A stretch of DNA of 64,000 nt, from the NCBI GenBank assembly GCA_963716745.1, contig OY970320.1, forward strand, positions 3,072,001 through 3,136,000, read 5' to 3'. The position numbers and the translations under genes are program-made. How positions within the stretch are numbered: the stretch's first letter is position 1; every line of letters starts with the position of its first letter. Shown in pieces: positions 61,349-64,000 of this stretch. The notes under the pieces are model-generated. The model saw only the letters and a list, made by a program, of their open reading frames with translations. It had not been told where the DNA came from and did not search any database. The stretch is from an uncultured Gemmatimonadaceae bacterium (GTDB lineage: Bacteria > Gemmatimonadota > Gemmatimonadetes > Gemmatimonadales > Gemmatimonadaceae).

Positions 61349-62329
61349 TCATGACATCTTTGTCATTCGCATCCCGCGCTGCACACTGTCCGCCATCTCG
61401 TCGAGCATCGCATATCTCCGCACGTACTGGCTTCGTTTGTTCGAACTGATCTCGCTCATCGGCCGCCGCGAGGCGCGCAGCGGCAGATCGTACCAGCCAT
61501 CGGCGGCCAAGGCGCCCCCCGCCTCGTTCCAGCAGGCGTCATAGCTGGCGGAGAGGTTGTGAAGGAACGGGATATCGATGAGGTGCTTGCGGTGGTGCAC
61601 CTGGATGCGGTCGCTCGCTCCCCGAAGATTCGTGCAGCCCGTCGCTCGTGCAATCGCCTGCACGGACGCGACCATCAAGGCACGAGGACGCACGCCGTGC
61701 ATCTCTTTCGTAGCCGCCTTGATGTCCGCAGCGGCGCCGCCTCGCCCTTGCACGCACCCGACGTAGCAGATCCGCCGCCCCGCGGATCCATCTTCCATCG
61801 AGAAGGCGAGGGACATGAGCACTCCGCCGAGCGCGTCACTGCGTGCGGTGAGGGTAATCTCTCCCTCCTTTCGGAACCGCTCGTCCCTGCCGAGGAAGAG
61901 TTCCGCGTCGCCGGCATCGCGCAGCGCGAATCGGCCAATGCGAACCGGAGCGGGCCGCAGCAGCGCTTCGCGCAACGCGCCGCCCTCGCGCTCAGAGACG
62001 CGGTACGTGCCCAGAATGACCTCCATGCGCCGCGCGATCGTCCAGCGCGTGGACATGTACGGCCGGAGCGGCCGGAAGGCGAGTCGCGGATTGGCGTCGC
62101 GATACTTGGCGAATTCGGGCGTGTCGAGCACATCGAACCAATTCCGGGCCCGATCAGCGTGCGCGGCCGCGAGAACGCTCCATCGCAAGTTCTGCTTGAT
62201 CTGTTGCGATACACGCTCGACGCCGAATGCCGCCGCACTGAGCATCCATGCTCGGCGGCCAATGGAGCGCGGGGGGTCCGGGTCGTTGTCTGTCACGGTA
62301 GCGTCTCCGAGCATAACAATAGCGGCCAC
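61349..62329 (-). CDS. VirK/YbjX (DUF535) family protein; start uncertain
   Basis: RPYM...W, KEGE, YVGCVQG, IK.ATK.MHG.RP, SYD.CW.E.GG, R..SEI.S.KRSQY.RRY. Confidence 0.85.
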   Translation of the reverse strand: MAAIVMLGDATVTDNDPDPPRSIGRRAWMLSAAAFGVERVSQQIKQNLRWSVLAAAHADRARNWFDVLDTPEFAKYRDANPRLAFRPLRPYMSTRWTIARRMEVILGTYRVSEREGGALREALLRPAPVRIGRFALRDAGDAELFLGRDERFRKEGEITLTARSDALGGVLMSLAFSMEDGSAGRRICYVGCVQGRGGAAADIKAATKEMHGVRPRALMVASVQAIARATGCTNLRGASDRIQVHHRKHLIDIPFLHNLSASYDACWNEAGGALAADGWYDLPLRASRRPMSEISSNKRSQYVRRYAMLDEMADSVQRGMRMTKMS

Positions 62330-62558
62330 ACGCGCGCCGAAGGCGCTCCGAATTATGACAACTTTGCAATCTTCGACCGGCGTGCAGCTCCCAATTCACA
62401 CACGACGGACGGCTCAAGGCGCGGATAAAACCCCTCGCACACGATGCAGATCCGTCGCCGTGACGTTACACGATCACCGCTTAACCGATACCACAATGTC
62501 TGACACCGGGCAGTAGCGTGCGGCTCCTGAAGTCCTCACTTGCTGCCCGGAGAAGCGT

Positions 62559-64000
62559 ATGCGCTCATCTCGCGTGTTCCCTTCCAGCATTTCGTGTCGC
62601 GTTGCCTCCGTTGCCGCACTCGTTGTCTTGTTGCCGTCCCTCACGCTGTCATTGCATGCACAGGTTCCGGTCGGCGTGATCGCTGGCCGCGTCGCCGATT
62701 CGTCCGGTAAGGGCATCGACGGCGCGCTCATCCACGTTGTCGGCACGCGGCTCGGCAGCCAGAGCGACTCCACCGGCGCGTTCCGCGTCATCATGATCCC
62801 GCCCGGCACGTATCGGGTGACGGTCGTGAGCCTCCTCGGGTTCGCGCCCGACACGTTCTCGGCGACCGTCGCCGCGAATGAGACCCTGCGCCACGATGTA
62901 CAGCTCAGGTTCACGGGCGCGACCACTGCCAAGTTGGCCACGGTGTTCGTGACCGCGGAGCGTTTGGGCCAGACCATGGCCGAAGCGCTGAACGAACAGA
63001 AGAACGCGACGAACATCATCAACGTGATGTCCGGCGATGAGATCCGCGCGCTCCCCAACTACAATGCCGCCGAGGCGGCTGGGCGGATCTCCGGCGTGTC
63101 CCTCGAGCGCGACGAAGGGGAGGGGAAGTACGTGCAGGTGCGCGGCACCGAACCGCGCCTCACGAATGTGACCGTGAATGGTGCGCAGGTGCCGGGCACG
63201 TCCACCGACCGCGTCGTCAAGCTGGATGATGTCCCGTCGGACATCCTGGGCGCGATCAAGGTGTCCAAGACGCTCACTGCCGACATGAATGCCGACGCGA
63301 TCGGCGGCTCGGTGGACCTCGTCACCAAGACGCCGGAGGATGCGCCGCAGGGCTACGTCTCGGGGCAATTCGGCGACATCGATCTGCTGAACCGCACGAG
63401 CGGCCAGGCCGGCTTCACGTACGGCGGTCGCTATGGAGATGCGAAACAGACGGGCTTCTTGATCGGCGCGTCCTGGGACCGGTCGTACCGCGCGATCAAC
63501 GACGTGGAACCCGCGTGGGCGTACAATGGCGATGGGACCTCGCATCCGGTGGAGTGGAGTCAGCGCGACTATCTGTACGATCGCACGCGCATCGGCGCCG
63601 GCGGCGATCTCGACTATCGCTTCGACGAGCACAACACGATCTACCTCAAGGGTATGTACAGTCACTTCGAGAATTTCGGGACGCGCTACGTGTACGATGT
63701 GGCGTCGAGCGATGACTCGGCAGCTTCGGGAACGACTGGATTCGGCACTGGCGTGGGCGCAACGCGTGAGGTGGAGTTCCGCACGCCCACGGAGCAGCTG
63801 TGGGGCGGAAGCGCCGGCGGTCTGCACGAGTTCTCGAAGTGGACGCTGAACTATCAGGTGAACTACACCGGCACGTCGCAGATCGACAATAACTACCGCT
63901 CCAGCACCTACGTCGCGAATGGCAGCGGCAACATGACGCTCGCCTACAACTACGCCAACCGCACGTACCCGACGTTCAACTTTCCCGATCCCTCGCAGGC
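62559..64000 (+). CDS. TonB-dependent receptor, N-terminal part (runs off window)
   Basis: Manual translation from ATG 62559: signal peptide, carboxypeptidase-regulatory-like domain, plug LPNYNAAEA.GRISGVSLERDEGEGKYVQVRG, DAIGGSVDL. Confidence 0.93.
   Translation, partial: MRSSRVFPSSISCRVASVAALVVLLPSLTLSLHAQVPVGVIAGRVADSSGKGIDGALIHVVGTRLGSQSDSTGAFRVIMIPPGTYRVTVVSLLGFAPDTFSATVAANETLRHDVQLRFTGATTAKLATVFVTAERLGQTMAEALNEQKNATNIINVMSGDEIRALPNYNAAEAAGRISGVSLERDEGEGKYVQVRGTEPRLTNVTVNGAQVPGTSTDRVVKLDDVPSDILGAIKVSKTLTADMNADAIGGSVDLVTKTPEDAPQGYVSGQFGDIDLLNRTSGQAGFTYGGRYGDAKQTGFLIGASWDRSYRAINDVEPAWAYNGDGTSHPVEWSQRDYLYDRTRIGAGGDLDYRFDEHNTIYLKGMYSHFENFGTRYVYDVASSDDSAASGTTGFGTGVGATREVEFRTPTEQLWGGSAGGLHEFSKWTLNYQVNYTGTSQIDNNYRSSTYVANGSGNMTLAYNYANRTYPTFNFPDPSQ

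Overview
High-GC bacterial chromosomal segment. Gene content and order suggest Gemmatimonadota (inference). 1-18.8 kb is housekeeping: smc 5' end, SPOR proteins, a peptidase/TolB-propeller/Omp85 fusion, rsfS, rplI-DUF2232-rpsR-rpsF, ychF-pth-rplY-prs, tRNA-Gln, ispE, pdxJ, mce, trxA. An accessory block follows between trxA and rsmI (Tat-lipoprotein multicopper oxidase, beta-helix protein, four-helix-bundle gene). Next come rsmI, DUF4159, DUF4175, TPR, JAB-DinG, FAH, aminotransferase and gltX, a formate dehydrogenase operon, and a patchwork accessory region ending in a MacAB-type ABC cluster, VirK/YbjX and a TonB-dependent receptor. Best signals: (1) a four-helix-bundle (TIGR02436/IVP-like) gene enclosed by 59-bp inverted repeats, with an 'empty' hairpin relative at 9.2 kb and a degenerate arm at 18.8 kb, suggesting an undescribed mobile or structured element; (2) nine copies of a ~130-140 bp intergenic repeat whose stems covary, indicating a conserved RNA/ssDNA fold; (3) a selenocysteine formate dehydrogenase (in-frame TGA plus SECIS) with a split alpha subunit. 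About 20 frameshifts look like consensus artefacts, many reading as both alleles of a SNP written side by side.
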